The translations under genes were made by a program, and so were the position numbers. This document shows, piece after piece, positions 1-16,877 of a stretch of 64,000 bases of DNA (its first letter is position 1; each line of letters begins with the position of its first letter). Under the pieces are notes generated by a model. The model had not been told where the DNA came from. It searched no databases and saw only the letters and a list, made by a program, of their open reading frames with translations. Origin of the DNA: Marsupella aquatica (taxonomy: Eukaryota > Plantae > Marchantiophyta); assembly GCA_973895155.1 (NCBI GenBank), contig OZ316892.1, forward strand, positions 8,353,251-8,417,250, given 5' to 3'.

Positions 1-1
1 G

Positions 2-3000
2 CTATGCCCAGCACCGATGTCGAGCCGGGATCCTTCGACTGTTGAATCTAGCAAGGAGGTGCAAAGTGGAGAGGTTGTAGAGCAGGAAGTGGAAGCCGAC
101 CTCCCCGAACGTTGGAAGTGGAGTAAAACTACGGAAGAGCTGGTACGATTTTCTTTCTCGCTTGTTTATCCGTGCCTGATCAACGACTTCTGACATTTCT
201 TGGTTTGATCGAGACCTACATGGTAGGCCTTTTCCAATCTACGTTTACATCAACTTCGTCGCGTATTGTTTGTTCAATTGTTATCATTGTTAGTCATGAA
301 TAGATGTTAAGAACATGTCTCTCTACTTTATGGACCTGGTCTTGGCAGCCAAACGGAATTTCGACTCCAATTCGTCGTGTCTTGTCTCTTCACTTACTAC
401 CACACACTTTGGAAAACTCTCATGTAGAGATGCTAAAGAAAACGCTATCTCCGTTGTTAGGGCCCTCCTTGATGGCCAAATGTACCGTCAAGTTATATTA
501 CTCGCAATTTGTTTTCTCACTTGTTGTCACTCATCCTGAAAAATAGTTATTAAGAGATGTCAAGAAAAGTTGTTTTACAGTAGCTACAGCAGAGCTCCTT
601 TGTGGCATCTGGAGTCTTACTACTAGATCCACAGCAAGGCTGGAAAATTCGTTCACGCGTACCTAGCTTCTACATTTGTTGCTAAGTATCTTACATTTGT
701 AATAAAGTTACATGGGCTGAAAACTGTCGTATTTGCTGTGAGGAAGGCATACTCTGTTAGTCATTTCTATTCCAGTTCCTTAGGTTCGCGATGGTCGTGC
801 AGGTTGCGTACGGGCTGTTACTTGCTGCGGTTCCCATTGTCCCAATGATTCCCAGATATGAGTGGTCCGGTGCCTTCTATTTCCTCTTCTTAGCAGTGTG
901 GTCTGTGTATGTGGGCAGTCACCGCAGGTAAAAGATAATACCCATGCCGGACCAATTAAGTACCTTCTGTGTGCCTGTTCGGTCCGTTCTAGTTTGAAGG
1001 AGATATTCGGTTGTCAGTTGTCAATTTAATTACAATTTCTACTGAAGTATGTTGCCATAACGATGCGTGTCTTAATGTTGTGTCAGTCTAGGAAAGAAGC
1101 CTCCACAGAAGGTGTCATTGAAGCAGGGGCTCGCAGTTCCTCTGTTTTGCTCGGCATCACTATTCGGCTTCTACTGCCTGCTCCGTTTCTTCCCCGACCT
1201 TGATGTGCGAACTTTTATTTCTGCATACTTGGGTGTGGCTGGGGCCGCTGCTGTGGCAAGCAACTTGTCTGAGCCTTTGCGCCTTCTTCTTCCAGCCCCT
1301 GATTCCACTTCATGGAAAATTGGTAAAGCCCTTGAGCAAAAAGTGGAACCCGTTCGTTTTGGATCAAAATATGAATGGAAACTTTTACGCAACAAGGCGT
1401 GGAAACCATTCGATCATTAAAGCCGACTCAGTTTTAGTCATTGATTTATAGGTCATAACATCTTAAGTTTGCGATTTTAATCAAGCCCGGCAAAAATTCA
1501 ACTCTGAAACTGTCGTCGCAAGTTTGAATTTGCTCGTCATATTTTTCTATAGTAAAATTTAGACAAGGCGTTTAGCGAAGCTGCTTTTGAGGATGGTAGT
1601 TTTGATCATCTGCAGTACCTACCTAACCTATAGATTGGCACCGAACAAGGATTCAGTGAGAGATTTAGGGTTTAGTTATATGGTGACCCAGAGTAAGCTG
1701 TCGTCTTTAGCTTGCATTCTTGTCACTCCCATCAAAAGCTCAAGCGTCAAGCGTCAAGCGTCTGGCCATTTTGAAATGTTGCTATGACTTCCTTGTCTGG
1801 CTTGTCCATTATGCACTTTAAGACTTATAGTTTCTTCGCGACTTGTCTTGTTATATCAGATTTGCCAAAATGGCTGGTCCAGGATGATGGCTCTCCAGTG
1901 GAAGTGAGTTTTGCTCCAGCAGATATAATAGCTGTTGCTGGTAATTAAGAACCTATTTACATTTTGCATTTTACATTTTTGTGAATTCTGCATAATTGCA
2001 GCTCTGCAGAGGTTCCCTTTCTGAGTCGTAAAGATACATGTGGAGTAGCCCAGCAATGGAAGAAATGTTTTTCTCAATTGAGTTTGGGATTGTAAGTGAA
2101 GGACAATCATCAATGCAAGTCTTACAGAACGAAATCTTGTAGTTCAGATGGTATTTGATTAGTATATATCGTCTATCTTACATGATGCTCATCTGACAGA
2201 CAATCTAAACTGATGGATTCCAGTTCGTTCATTTTCCCAAGTTTCGACGGGGACTGCGTTGCCATGTGTTTTGATTATGTGAGGCAAAGGTTATTCAAGA
2301 TTTGTCTGCACAGAAAATGGAGGGTGAGGAACCCTGCACGTGGTGTTTACTTGATCTCTTGTTTATCGATACAGCGGGGATTGCTGCAACTATTGCAAGT
2401 AAACAAGCCGGAGCACCATATACCCTGAAGAATTTAATAGCGGTCTGTATTGTCACGGAGCTGCTTCAGCTGCTCTCTCTCGGCAGGTACTGCCCCAATG
2501 GCTTCTACCTTGTTTAGGAATATCCATTTATCGTCCCTTTCTGTTGTGGTAGGAGCTGGTCCTGTCGTCTATATTTTGTATTTGAAAACTGGTCCCGCCT
2601 ACTGGATTTTGAAGCACCTCGTCCTTTTATATGTGGTTCTGAGGGTGCTAAGAAGTCTTGATAATACATTGTCCGTTTGTTCTCTATGCCAATGATTTTC
2701 TTGGATAGATATTCTGCACTTTCATAGTTTCTTTCTTTGAAGTATTTACAAGCAGTTGCTACACGTGTTTTTTGGTGCCATTTTTACGTGCTGCATATTT
2801 CTGACTTATGGGTTACCTGGTAGTTTTACGACAGCTGCAGCAATGCTGAGTGGTCTGCTTCTCTATGACGTTTTCTGGGTTTTTGGTTCATCGCATATCT
2901 TTGGTGATAATGTCATGGTCACAGTAAGTCCCTCCATACACCTGCTTTGAGCTTCCGCATACTGTGTTTGGTCTAGGAATTTGGGGTCTAGATTTTAGTA

Positions 3001-4106
3001 TAGATCAGGGACCTTAGTACAGGTGAGCAGACACTCTTTGTAGCCCGCTGATCTGTCTTGCTGACTTTATTATTTTTTCTCCCATTTTAGTGTGTTTAAG
3101 TCCAAAGTAGCTTCTAAAATAAGACCTTTAAATCGGCAGGTGGCAACTTCATCAGCGTTTGATGGACCAATGAAGTTGATATTTCCCCAATTCAAGGTAT
3201 AGCATAACTTTCGCTACAACCCTGAACAGAGAAAAATGAAGGTGCCCTTTGAGAACTGTGAGAGATATGCGAAAGTCTCAAGCTTGTGTACTCAACCGTA
3301 AATGAATTCACCCCAACAGTAGGTTATTCTAGGTTTTGGGTGGAATGAAAAACATCTCAGCAGTGCAATGTCTTTAGTTTGGAAACTAACTCTGTTAAAC
3401 TGCTATCAGGAAGGTTCCCTCAACCCGTATTCCATATTAGGGCTCGGTGATATTGCAGCCCCAGGGCTTCTCATAGCACTAATGCTTCGATTTGATCGCT
3501 CAAGAGTGAAGAGGCTATCGTCCAGTACAGATGACAATGGGCTCGATTCTTCAGACGTTAACGAAACTCCGGACAAAACTTACTTTGTTACGTGCCTTGC
3601 TTCGTATATATTTGGCCTCACCCTTACAGTTGGTGAGCATTTCCGAAACCTCTACTTGAAGCTTTTATTTGGTACAACAGAATAAATGCAAGTTGGATAT
3701 CACCATATAAAGTATGGCTTTGAAATTCATCTATCTCGACTGTGCTTAATAAGCCTGATAGTTTGGCCATGCATTGATTGGCTGCATGCACTATACCATT
3801 ACAAGTGGGGGGAAAGTGATCGATCTCATGTCCAGTTGTCCTTGCCTTCGTCTTTGACATTGTATAGAGCTAAGTTGATGCCTAGGTTTTATGACATAAC
3901 TTGTGCTGATACAGTTATGTTTCCTTGCAGTTGCAAACACCGTCTCTGGTGCTGCACAGCCAGCCTTGCTGTACCTGGTCCCAAGTCTCCTATGTGGAGT
4001 ATTCTTTGTGGCAGCCTCAAGGTCAGAAACGCCACTCCTCCTAAATTACAAAGACGAGACACTGATGAACCCTGTTCCCATAGAGAATGAAGATAGAACT
4101 GGTTAG
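2..4106 (+). CDS. SPPL: Signal peptide peptidase-family (A22B, GxGD intramembrane aspartyl protease); 5' end probably beyond the window
   Basis: Frame-consistent GT-AG exons: <2-142, 803-927, 1087-1322, 1860-1940, 2375-2486, 2824-2923, 3140-3196, 3410-3632, 3931-4106. Hallmark motifs LLYDVFWVFG, DGPMKL, ILGLGDIAAPG and QPALLYLVP; several hydrophobic segments. Confidence 0.93.
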
Positions 4107-5657
4107 CATTGGTGTAATGAATAGTCAAGGGTTATGAAATTTTTACCCTGCCATGTCCGTGGAGTCCTCAAAGATGACTCCCAAGAAGTAAAGAGGAACT
4201 GTTTATGCAAAATGGCACGTCTTATATCTGGTTCATTTGCTCATGCCTATCAATGGATGTAGTTTGCAAACAACGTTTTTTTTTTTGGTATAACAATCTT
4301 ACATGCGCTGATATGGACAAGCAGAATTGAATAAACATTCAAATTCTTACGTCAGTGCGTGTACGTGTAATTGGTGATGTCTTACAATGGTGCCCCAGTG
4401 ACTCTAGAGATTCCATTTGATGTAACTCGTCCTACCATCAATTAAGAAAAAGTAATGTCCCCACTTCTCAGTCAAACTCTAAAAATGACTGTCCTGGATA
4501 TCCTGGGGTGCCTAATGTTGGACAGAATAGATTGCGCAGGGGGTTGAAGTCTTCTGAAAATATCCTGTCCAAATTATGATCAATGATTTTACATTTCCGT
4601 ACAAAGCACACTTTTCCTCTTTCTAAGCGTCTGAGTATTCTATCCCAGTGCAAGCGAGTGGTCTCGTATCTTGATTATTAAACGATCTCTATTTAGACTA
4701 GACTTTCTGTTAGTGTGACTAAAACTGAAACTTCAGTCTCGACAATCAGCTCGTAGGGTTTAGGCTCAGACCATGGTCAACGGTACAATCCTATAAGACC
4801 AAACTGGACGTTCCTAATGTGTCGTCCTCGGCAGTTCCTGTCCGCTCTCCAACAAGGGATAAAATTGTTCCAAAGTGCCGAGAAAGAGGTTCTTCACCAT
4901 CCCATGCCATCTACGTGGACAGTCTTTAGGCACAGGCTGGAGGACAGTGAGAGGAGCCGGCAGCCACATGGAGTCTGGCTGTTAATCCTTACGTTAAGGA
5001 TTTCCCACTTTTGGCGGATCAGCATCAAGAAGCCCCAACATCATGTTGATCAGATGGCTGGAGAGTCTGGGACATAAGTTCTTGCTGATCGTCCTTACAT
5101 GCTGGATTCTGCAGGCACAAGTTCCTGGACTCTCCCAGTCCCTAAGTCACTTCCTTGACGTCCTGACAGGCTGGAGAGTCTGGGACTTCCCTGTAGCGGA
5201 ATGGAATTTTTCCTGCGTTGCATGCCTTGCAGGTATTAATACGCTTTACCTGATGATCGAGATCTATGGTGTCCTACCAAATAATTACTATTTAAACTCT
5301 CCAATTTTGCATGTGCTGTTATCCCGTTTCAAGTCCTCTGGTGGACCGCCATCCCCCATCATTTCATTCCCTCCGTACTCTGAATGTTTAGCCTTTTCAG
5401 TTAGGACGAAACTCATCGACCTGTCACCGTGCTATAGTATAGCATGACTATCGCTAGATACGATTCACAAATGGGGGCAATTCGATGATTAACTGTTCTC
5501 AAAGCTAGCATGCACTCGCGTTTGTTGATCCACTAGATGATGATAAGTTCAGACAAAGGAGCACTTTATGTACTAAGATTGGAGAGTGACTAGATATTCA
5601 ATCTTCAGAGGCGGTGGGAAGGGTACTTTAAGTACGCGGACGCTGTCCATTGGCGCA

Positions 5658-5843
5658 GCAGTCTAGTAAGCGGAGAACAATAATGTGTCGAGTGAAAAGA
5701 TTTATACAGAATTGTCATTGGGGGAAGTAGGATTACAATCCAAATTTGAAGCAGTCTAGTAAGCGGAGAACATTAATGTCTCGAGCGAAAGGATTTATAC
5801 AGCCTTGTCATTGGGAGGGTTAGGATTGCAATCCAAGTCTAAT
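5658..5843. repeat. Tandem duplication, 2 x 93 bp, diverged
   Basis: gcagtctagtaagcggagaaca... starts at 5658 and again at 5751. Confidence 0.85.
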
Positions 5844-7814
5844 GTTTCGGCCTATCAGGATAGGAAGGAACAAATTATGTCCCAAGACTAAGAAATTATA
5901 TTGTGTGGACTTTTCTATTGGTGGGGGAGGGTATTGATTGTCTCAGCACTAGGTTACGCCCTCCAATGGGGGTAGGGGGCAAAAGGGTTGAATGGAAATT
6001 GACGATTAGAATACGATAGGATGGGTCAAACATGGCTAAACGCCCAAACCCCTCTCGTGTTGATGGTTATCAGCCATAACACCACCACCACCCCCCCCCC
6101 CCCAATTTCCAGCTGGTCTGGAGGTTATAAGATTTCAGCCCTATGGCTAGTCTGCATAGTTATCCAATTTCAGGCGTAATTTTTTCCAGGTCAAAACAGA
6201 GCACAATTACACTTAGGAATTCTGCTTGTGAAGCAATAGTCATTCCCCCCTTGGCCTCACCATCATTGGGGATTATGTTCCATGGCCACCTTCAGGTCAG
6301 GGGTTACCTTTCATGAAACAACCCAACTCCCCCCCCCCCCCAACACACACACATATTTTACAGCCATAACATACCCCCCTTACTCTCTAAGTATGCACAG
6401 GAATACCAGCTGTAGGCTGGTAAATGGACACTGATGTCGGTTTGATTTGCATACTTCTAAGAGCCAGCTTGCATGTAGGCAGCCCTCAAACTGTAGGCCC
6501 TTTGAACTCTCAAAAAATTGCTGGTAGAAAGCAGATGTAGCTTCGCTAGAGTATTTGTTGCCATGCTACATGTGAACTGCACAAGCCCTTTCCATGTCCC
6601 TATATTTTTGTTTTGTTGTCATTTCAAGCCCTTTTGTGCCCCTCTATTTTGGTTTCAAACATACGGGATCTCAAGGGCAGGAAAGTTTGCAGCCCTCCCC
6701 CTAGTTCTCCCCTTTATATGCCATCAGACCTGCCTGACAAGGAGGTTGAGGCACAAAAGTCTCAGTCAATATTTTAACTCTATCTGTGAAGTTGAAGGCC
6801 GGAAAACAAAGGGCTGCCCACATGCGAGCTGGCTCTAAATCGGCTAGAACATGCAGGCCCGAGTGACCTGCTAGGCGATACAACCCGCCCAGAAACTGTC
6901 TCACCCAACAAGAACTTCATGCCCTGGCAGTCCCATTAAGTGAAAAACAAATAGGGGTACACTCTTCTGGTGGAAGTCCCACCAAGCAAATTTCTCCCCA
7001 ATAAAACTCTTGACCTTGTTTTGGGAAAGGGAAGTGGAAGGGCCCTATGGGTGGGACCGGCTGGATTTCTGGGTCTCGGCCACTTCGGAGAGATATTTAC
7101 AAAATCCTTGAGAAGGACCAATCCTGGAGAGTCCAGCCTATGCCAATTGGAGTAGATTCATAAGTACTGTTTTAGATATTTTTTTTTTGTACTGGTTGGC
7201 TAGGCCACTCATTGTGAGTCTTGCTAGTCCGTGCATAGTCCGTGAAGTCTGTGTTCTAATTTCCATGAATTTGCATGGGCATACCATTTCTCTGGAGCGA
7301 CAAATGTTCTACGGCAGGAACGTACAAATTGCAAGTATTTCTTCTGTTTCTTTGTTTGTGCATTTTTGGAGAAGAAAGACACAAAACCTTGCCAAGGACT
7401 TGTTACAGCTGAAGGTCAAGACACCCACGCTGGGGGGTGGGGGAGTGGGGGGCGGAGCCTCTGGAGTGTTGACTCTGGGGCGTATCTGAGATTGGGGGTG
7501 AAAATGCAAAAATGTGAATTGGGGGCAAAGTGAGTCTCCAAAAATGGTGCAGTGGGCTTGAATGTCCTTGCACCCTATTAAGGTTCAAAGAATGGACCCT
7601 GAGGCTAGTAAGAAGAGAGAAACCCAAACATAAAGAGCCTTGCCTGAAAGCCCCAAAGAGAGAGATAACACAAAGAAAAGCTTCACAGTATGATGGGTAT
7701 AATTAGAGAAATTCTGATTTTTTTTCATACAAGCTAGAGGACCTACTGGAAACTAGTAGAAAAAAGAATGTATGTAATAAATTACACTGATTTTTAAGAT
7801 AGTGGGTATATTTA

Positions 7815-7950
7815 TTTTTACTTTTACTTTTTTTAATTAAGGGAAAATCTGGGAAACCCCTAGAAAGGGGAGAGTCAACCACAATAGTTGAATCCAACAC
7901 CTATCAATGTCTACTCAAGTGAGCTACCACAAAGTCATGCCTCTCTAGGC
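7815..7950 (-). mobile_element. 136-bp retroposed insert (5'-truncated LINE 3' end or SINE) with 19-bp TSD
   Basis: aagatagtgggtatattta at 7796-7814 and 7951-7969; the T-rich tract at 7815-7834 is an A-rich tail on the minus strand. Confidence 0.85.
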
Positions 7951-9609
7951 AAGATAGTGGGTATATTTACTTAAGGGGAATGTTACATCCACCCCCACAC
8001 ATTTACTACATTCACACTGATAAGATCCTTTTATCGATTCATCCAGGTGGCACACCACGAGATTTTGACACATGAGCATGATAGGGTGCTTTTTGTGTTT
8101 AGGGGTGAACATAAACCCTAAACATTCCCCTACCTAAGCTTTATCACTAAAACAATAATTATACTAGGTACTCCACTTTAATGACCACGTCATGTGTTGA
8201 GCTAGAAGCATGGATGGAAGACACACGTAGAATGATTAGCTAGGCACAAACCTTTGTAGAGAATAATGGATGCCATTCATATGGCAAATCAAGATCTAGG
8301 ACCAAAAACTGGGGACGGTATATTTTTTATTGATAGGTCACTTTCTCGAATCTCTCATCAGATCTCAATGGAATGTTTTGAGACTACTCTCACCTGGGTG
8401 GGACCTGCTGGTCTAGTGAGGAGACCAAGGATTGGGCCTCTGATCAACATGTCTCAAGTTCATTCACCCTCCACGTTCAGAGTCATAGAGTGCAAAGAGT
8501 GAGTGATGGGTGTGAAGTGGGGAAGGCATGTTGGAGGCTCGGGCATGCTAGATGTCCAGGCATATATTGCCCGTCCTCCAACCTCTATTCTCTCCTAGTT
8601 GAATCAGGTACTAATTACTAACATCTCATGAAACAGTTGACATATATGTTCATATGTATAAGATATATATTCTGTCCATCACATCTGCTATGCACTTGGA
8701 AATACTACAATATGTAATCTCACTCTTTCTTTCTCATGGTCTGTAGTCTAATGTCATTCTGATGGGAAGCCTCCTTGGCCTTTTGATTATGGCAACATTT
8801 TTCTAAGCATGAGATGGACCAAAAGGTTTGTTTGCGCCGTTGTGAGGACCCAACCCGACACTCTCCCCATAAGTCACACACTCTTAGTTGTTAGGATGAC
8901 TTGCCAACTCCCTACAGTATTCAATTGCCTAACCATCTCACTTATGATCAGTAACATTTTTGCTCAACATTCATTACTACAGACTAATGTAGTGCAAAAG
9001 CACCGGCATTAGGGGAACTAAACCATCCTTAGCCTGCTGACCTTTCAAATTTCCACCGTTGTGAAAACTATCATAACCCATAAGTCTCACAATTTTTCCA
9101 GTGTAGAAACTCTTATACTCTGGCAAACAACATGAAATATTTCATTTAGCAATATATTATGGCTCGTAGTCCAACGTACTTTCTTGCATATGTAATTAGA
9201 CTTATTCGCCCGAATACCCATGCATACGCAGGAAGGGCTCCTCTGTCCAGACTCCCCATGCCTGTCTGTACTTGCAAGCATACTTTAAATGTCAAAAATT
9301 CATGTTGCTACTGTAGATATAGGTCATGAACAATCGAGAATCTAAAACAGTATAAATGTAATCCCCCTCTTTTTTCTCATGGTTGAGGGTTATTCTGGCA
9401 GAAAGTCTCCCTGGTTTGTTCAATTCCGGTGACAGATTATCCTAGCCATGAGATCGACCTAGATTCCACTTCCAACCTGTCATTCTCCCCTGAGCTTGCC
9501 ACTTTTTGAAATCCAGTAGCCAAAAGAAATCATTGACTCCTGGCAGCATCCAACACCTGATCATCGTGCTTATGCTCAACAACAATTGTGTTTGCATCAC
9601 TAGTAATCT

Positions 9610-10006
9610 TAATCTACAACTATAATATTAAGGGATCCCTCCTTTATTTGTCATTCATCCCAATACAAAATCTACAACTATAATGAGGAATCCCGTCTTT
9701 TGTCCCAATACAAAAAAGCTATTGGGTGGAAAAGATACACATCTTTTGTCCCAATACAAAAAAGCTCTTGGGTGGAAAAGATCCACAGCCCTGTGATTCA
9801 ATTGACCATTTTGCCTGACCATTGATGGAGTAAATAGGCACCCCTGGCGCATAGGTTCCCTATGGGCCTACCCTCCTTGCACCATGCAACACACACAAGC
9901 ATAGGGGACCATTTTGCCTGACCATTGATGGAAAAAATGGGAACCCCTGGTGCATACTTTCCCTATGGGCCTACCCTCCTTGCGCCAGGCAACACACGGG
10001 CATAGG
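9610..10006. repeat. Cluster of local direct duplications (~47-bp and 103-bp units)
   Basis: aatctacaactataat x2; tttgtcccaatacaaaaaagctNttgggtggaaaagat x2; gaccattttgcctgaccattgatgga at 9804 and 9907. Confidence 0.8.
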
Positions 10007-11411
10007 GCTGGTTGACAAATAATGTGCAATGGAGGGGCATTGGGGACCAGTTATAAAATAGGTAGATCTTGGAGTCACACGAACCCAGGGTTACATAGTT
10101 TAGGCTCGAGAGGGGTACATGGACAGAACTTTGGCGACCAGTGATTGGCAGATACACCATCGTAATGCAGATCTACCGTCCATTCCCCCTCTAGGGTATA
10201 CGGAGAAACTCTTGATTTGGGTGGAGGCCCGTAACTAAAGGAGATCAAGCAGAAACCACAACACAGCGGTCTGAGCGTGCATGATGGCAGTTTAGCGAAT
10301 AAACCGCTGGACATAGATATCTCGGGAGTTTCTCGCTCTGTGATTAGTGAAGAGGAAAAAATCCGGCCCGGTATCAACGCATTATACAGCAGTTAGTAGG
10401 AGAAATCCTACGGTTCGCGTCGAGAACTGACGGAACGAGGCACGAGGGGCGGCGCTGCGATTGGCGGAGAGTGAAAGAAGGGTTTCCCGCGGTGAAAGCA
10501 AAAAGATCATAAAGTGGCAAAAGCGATGGCCATTGGATATCAACGAATTGAGGAAATTGAGGGGTCAGTAAAGACGCAAAACGACGAGGAAACAAGCGGC
10601 AAAGTCGTTGCTGAAGTGGTTCGCGAGGATTCGAGGAACAGAAACTGTACAGTGTGGAGAGAGAGTGAAACTAGAAAACGAACAGGAATTTTCCAGAGCA
10701 GAAGAGAGTCTGCCCAATAGTGGTGTGATTGACGGAGAGGACGTGTCGGTTTTTGTCAGTTTCATTTGTGGATCGACGGAGGGGAAGTGTTACAGCGAGT
10801 CGATTGATGGAGAGAAAGGTGAGTAGTACAGTGATTTCATGATATTTTGATGATGCTTGGATCGACGGAGAGGGAGCAAGAGAAGAAGACGACATCGAGT
10901 TTACCTTGCTGGTGTGTCGGCGGCTCCATCGTGACCGCGCTGCTGCTGTTGGGTAGTCCAGAAGGAAGAAGATGGACTGCTACCTGCGCCGAACCAATCG
11001 ACGCGTTGGTTGCCCGCTGGTCGTCCCGGAGATGGATTCATGTTCATTCGTTGCTGAGCTCATCGTCCTGCTCCTGGAACGTAAAGCGATCGAAGGATTT
11101 GGAGGTTTATCAGTTCCAGGCTGGGTCTGATACTTTGCGTGTCATCGACTGATTTCCGGACGACTGGTGGTCAGTTTGTGCTCCTCTCGAAGCAGGTCTT
11201 GGCTCGTTACATTTTTAGTGATCAGCGTCAGGAATTACGACGAAGGGAGGTTTACTTATTCTGGGGCATGGTGGTTTTTGGGTTCGATAGTAGTATGCTT
11301 GACGGGAAGCGCACTGCAGGGTTTTTGAGGAGCTGCTGGGTCATTATCGTTATCTAAGGAAGTGGTGATCGTTGTGGTGAAAAAGTCTATGAGTTAAGGC
11401 ACGTCGAAATC

Positions 11412-13813
<2,402 letters not shown>

Positions 13814-15834
13814 CACATACCACGACAAGCCGGGAAGAGATCTCAACTGCTGCTCTACTCTGGCCTCTCGTACCTTCAGCCGTCTAAACAATGTTGATGA
13901 TATTCACAACTAGAGTTTGTACACTATTCATGTCCGGGAAGTCAATTTGATGGTAAACAATGGCGATTGAGCAGGACTACGGTTTCCTAATTTATGAAAC
14001 AATCAAGGACGGGGGCCGCCGCGGCGGATTACATATAGGAGGAGATCATTCGAAGTGTTATACCGTATATACATTGTACTAAAGGTTTGCGAACTGATGA
14101 TCTATGTAGATGAATAGAAACTAAAGCTGTGACATACCTATTGAAAAAGTGAAAAGTTAGACTTAATCATCGCTAATGCTATATAGCTCGTTTCTCATTG
14201 ATAGTGAAGGTGTGCCGTGTCTATCGGTTTTTCTTCCCCTTCAATATACAACGTACGATAGTTCTTCAAATAGACATCTGTCTGGTATCTTCCGACTCGT
14301 CTGGCACTGGTTTAGAATCATCCCGGGCCACACTGTTAATCGTTGGTGTCAATTATTTCATGAGTAGGCACTCAACCTTTCACAACTTTGGACATGTACA
14401 GACCGTGCAAAGTAATTGAAATTATTGACAGAATTATTAACAGTTCAATGTATGCCGTTTTGTAGCGCATGGGTCATTAAGGTTATGCTCGAGTTCTTGC
14501 CAGTGTGGTTTACCTATGGTGCATGTGTTTGGATCGGAAGACTCGATGTTTCGAGGGTACTGCAATTTCTTTACTGTGTATGAAGAACAGATCTAGCGTT
14601 GAATCAACGAAGTGGCAAGGGCGCATAGTAGTCCTTACTGACTGTGATTGAATTAGCTCGTAGTAGTATAGGGCGGGCCAGTCCTTGGGTCAAATTCCAT
14701 CTGCCCATGAATGATATGTATCGATTGTTATCAAAAGTGTATTCGTTGTTGTTTCATCGGAATAGATTGCTCGACAGAGTTAAATCCGTCTATACCCACG
14801 GTTTCTGCTGGCATCTCTTGATGGACGTATGCTTTCCTCGCTCGTAGTGCTTTCTACTGCCACGGTTTACGCAGTCAATGTAAGGATTGATTGATGTCCG
14901 TCGCTGTTTCCCTCTTTTCGTTCATTCCTTTCCATTCCAATTCGGTGGCTGGCCGACGACCGTCCGTTCCAATTCGATGGACGAGACATTGACATGTTCG
15001 CGTATACGCAATCAAACGTAGGAATTGGTCGATCGACGTCCATCACTGGATCCCTCTTTTCGTGCTGTCCATTCCGAAGATCGTCCTGTCCAATTCGATT
15101 GACGAAATATAGACATTTGCGCGCATCTCTCTACCGTCGCGGTTCACACATCCTTTACAGGGACTTGATTGACGGATGACTGTGTTTCTCTTCTTTCTCT
15201 TCAATCCCTATTCGGTGACAGGCCCCATGATTTCCCTCTCACAACCGGATGGATGACGCCGGACGGCAGTAAAGCGGAATCTGTAAGGTGAAACGTCATG
15301 TCGAAATCTGCCGTCCTCAAGCGATGATATTGGGATTTCGGGATTTCCGGATTTTGGAGGATTGGCGGTTGCCACGACGTCCCTCCCCTCACCTGATCCC
15401 CTCACCTAATTGATTATTAGTTGGGGGGTGACTCCGTTCCTCTCGTGGACTACCGTCTTCGAGTTGATCGCCCTCACACTCTAGACTGGGGGGTGGTCCC
15501 TTGCCACGCCCCCCACCCTCGAATTTGTGGCCTCGAGTAGCGGTTACCTGTGTATTGTAACCATTTATATTGGGGCCCTTTCCACTTTTTTCTTTCACTT
15601 CATTCTGTTGTTTTGCTTTGCCATTGGGATCATGGCTCCAGATTCAGTGTTTTTTGGTTGCTTTGCTTTTGAGATCATGTCTCCCAGTTCCTAGGTTTTT
15701 GCCCTTGGGCACTATGATATATATATTTGTGAAAGCACTTGTTATCTTTATAGTCTCTTGCCCCTTTGGGATCATGTCTCCTGGTTTTGTGTTTTTAGCC
15801 CTTGGGCACTCTGATATATATATTTGTGAAAGTA

Positions 15835-16240
15835 CTTGCTATCTTTATAGTCTCTTGCCCGGAAACCAGCCATTTTTCATAGGTGAAAATTTTGTCAATC
15901 ACTTAGTTCAAGAACAGGCCTTTGTGTAACCATTTGTGGAGTTACAAGCTATTTTCATTATCTCTTGCCCGGAAACCAGCCATTTTCTGTAGATGAACTT
16001 TTGCCCATCACTTAGTTTAAGAATAGGCCTTTGTGTAACCATTTGTGAAGTTACTTGCTATTTTCATTATCTCTTGCGTGGAAACCAGCCATTTTCGGAG
16101 GTGAAAATCTGGCAATCACTTAGTCTAAAACAGTCCTTTGTGTAACCATTTGTGAAGGTACTAGTTACTTCCATAATCTCTTGCCCGGAAACCAGGCATT
16201 TTGTAATTCGGTGGAAATCTTCCAATCACTGAGTTTAAGA
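15835..16240. repeat. Tandem repeat, ~4 x ~110 bp
   Basis: tctcttgcccggaaaccagccatttt...cacttag...gtgtaaccatttgtg recurs near 15852, 15961, 16070 and 16177. Confidence 0.85.
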
Positions 16241-16877
16241 TCGGCAAGCTAATGATACTCAGGCTACTTTTTTTAAAATTGTGTCATTTGCCACCATCTA
16301 ATCCACTCTGGGGGGGATTTGCCAGAAAGTACAACAATTAACTATCAATACTCCACAACCGGACTTCATGACTGTCCATACCTTAAAGTTTCTGCCCTGC
16401 TCCTAGAGCTAGTCCGCCGCCTCGTTGAAATATAAAACACAAGAAAAAAATGGCTGTCGGAAACTTGTGATCGGTCACCTTTTTCCAGACTGCAAGGGTA
16501 TGAGTTGTCCATCATCAGTTGGGGGCTCTGGGAGAAGAGTCCTTGGTAGAGGTATTCTATAATTCGAGCAAACAGGAGTTTTGTTAGTGAGGGGAGTATT
16601 GTTAGCAAGACCCTTGTGATTTTAAATTTATTTTGCTTTTTCCTGCCTTTTCTATTTTTTGTGTGTTTTATATGACTCCGGATGGCTAGCGAGATCGCTA
16701 GCAAAAAGAGGAGTCCCCGAAATAGATGTTATCAAGCAGTTTACTGTTAGCTAGGCAATTGCATATAGAAAAATTAGGGGTCATGTGAGGAAACTTTTTC
16801 TCATGCAAGGAAAATTTCTACTGTTTCCTCGCACGCTACAATGACCCTCCTTGGCGCATCAAAGTGTTGGACATGGC

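Noticed and set aside
4817-5447. ORFs and a repeated ggctggagagtctgggac motif downstream of SPPL
   Set aside because: No protein motif; the short repeat alone is insufficient to call an element.
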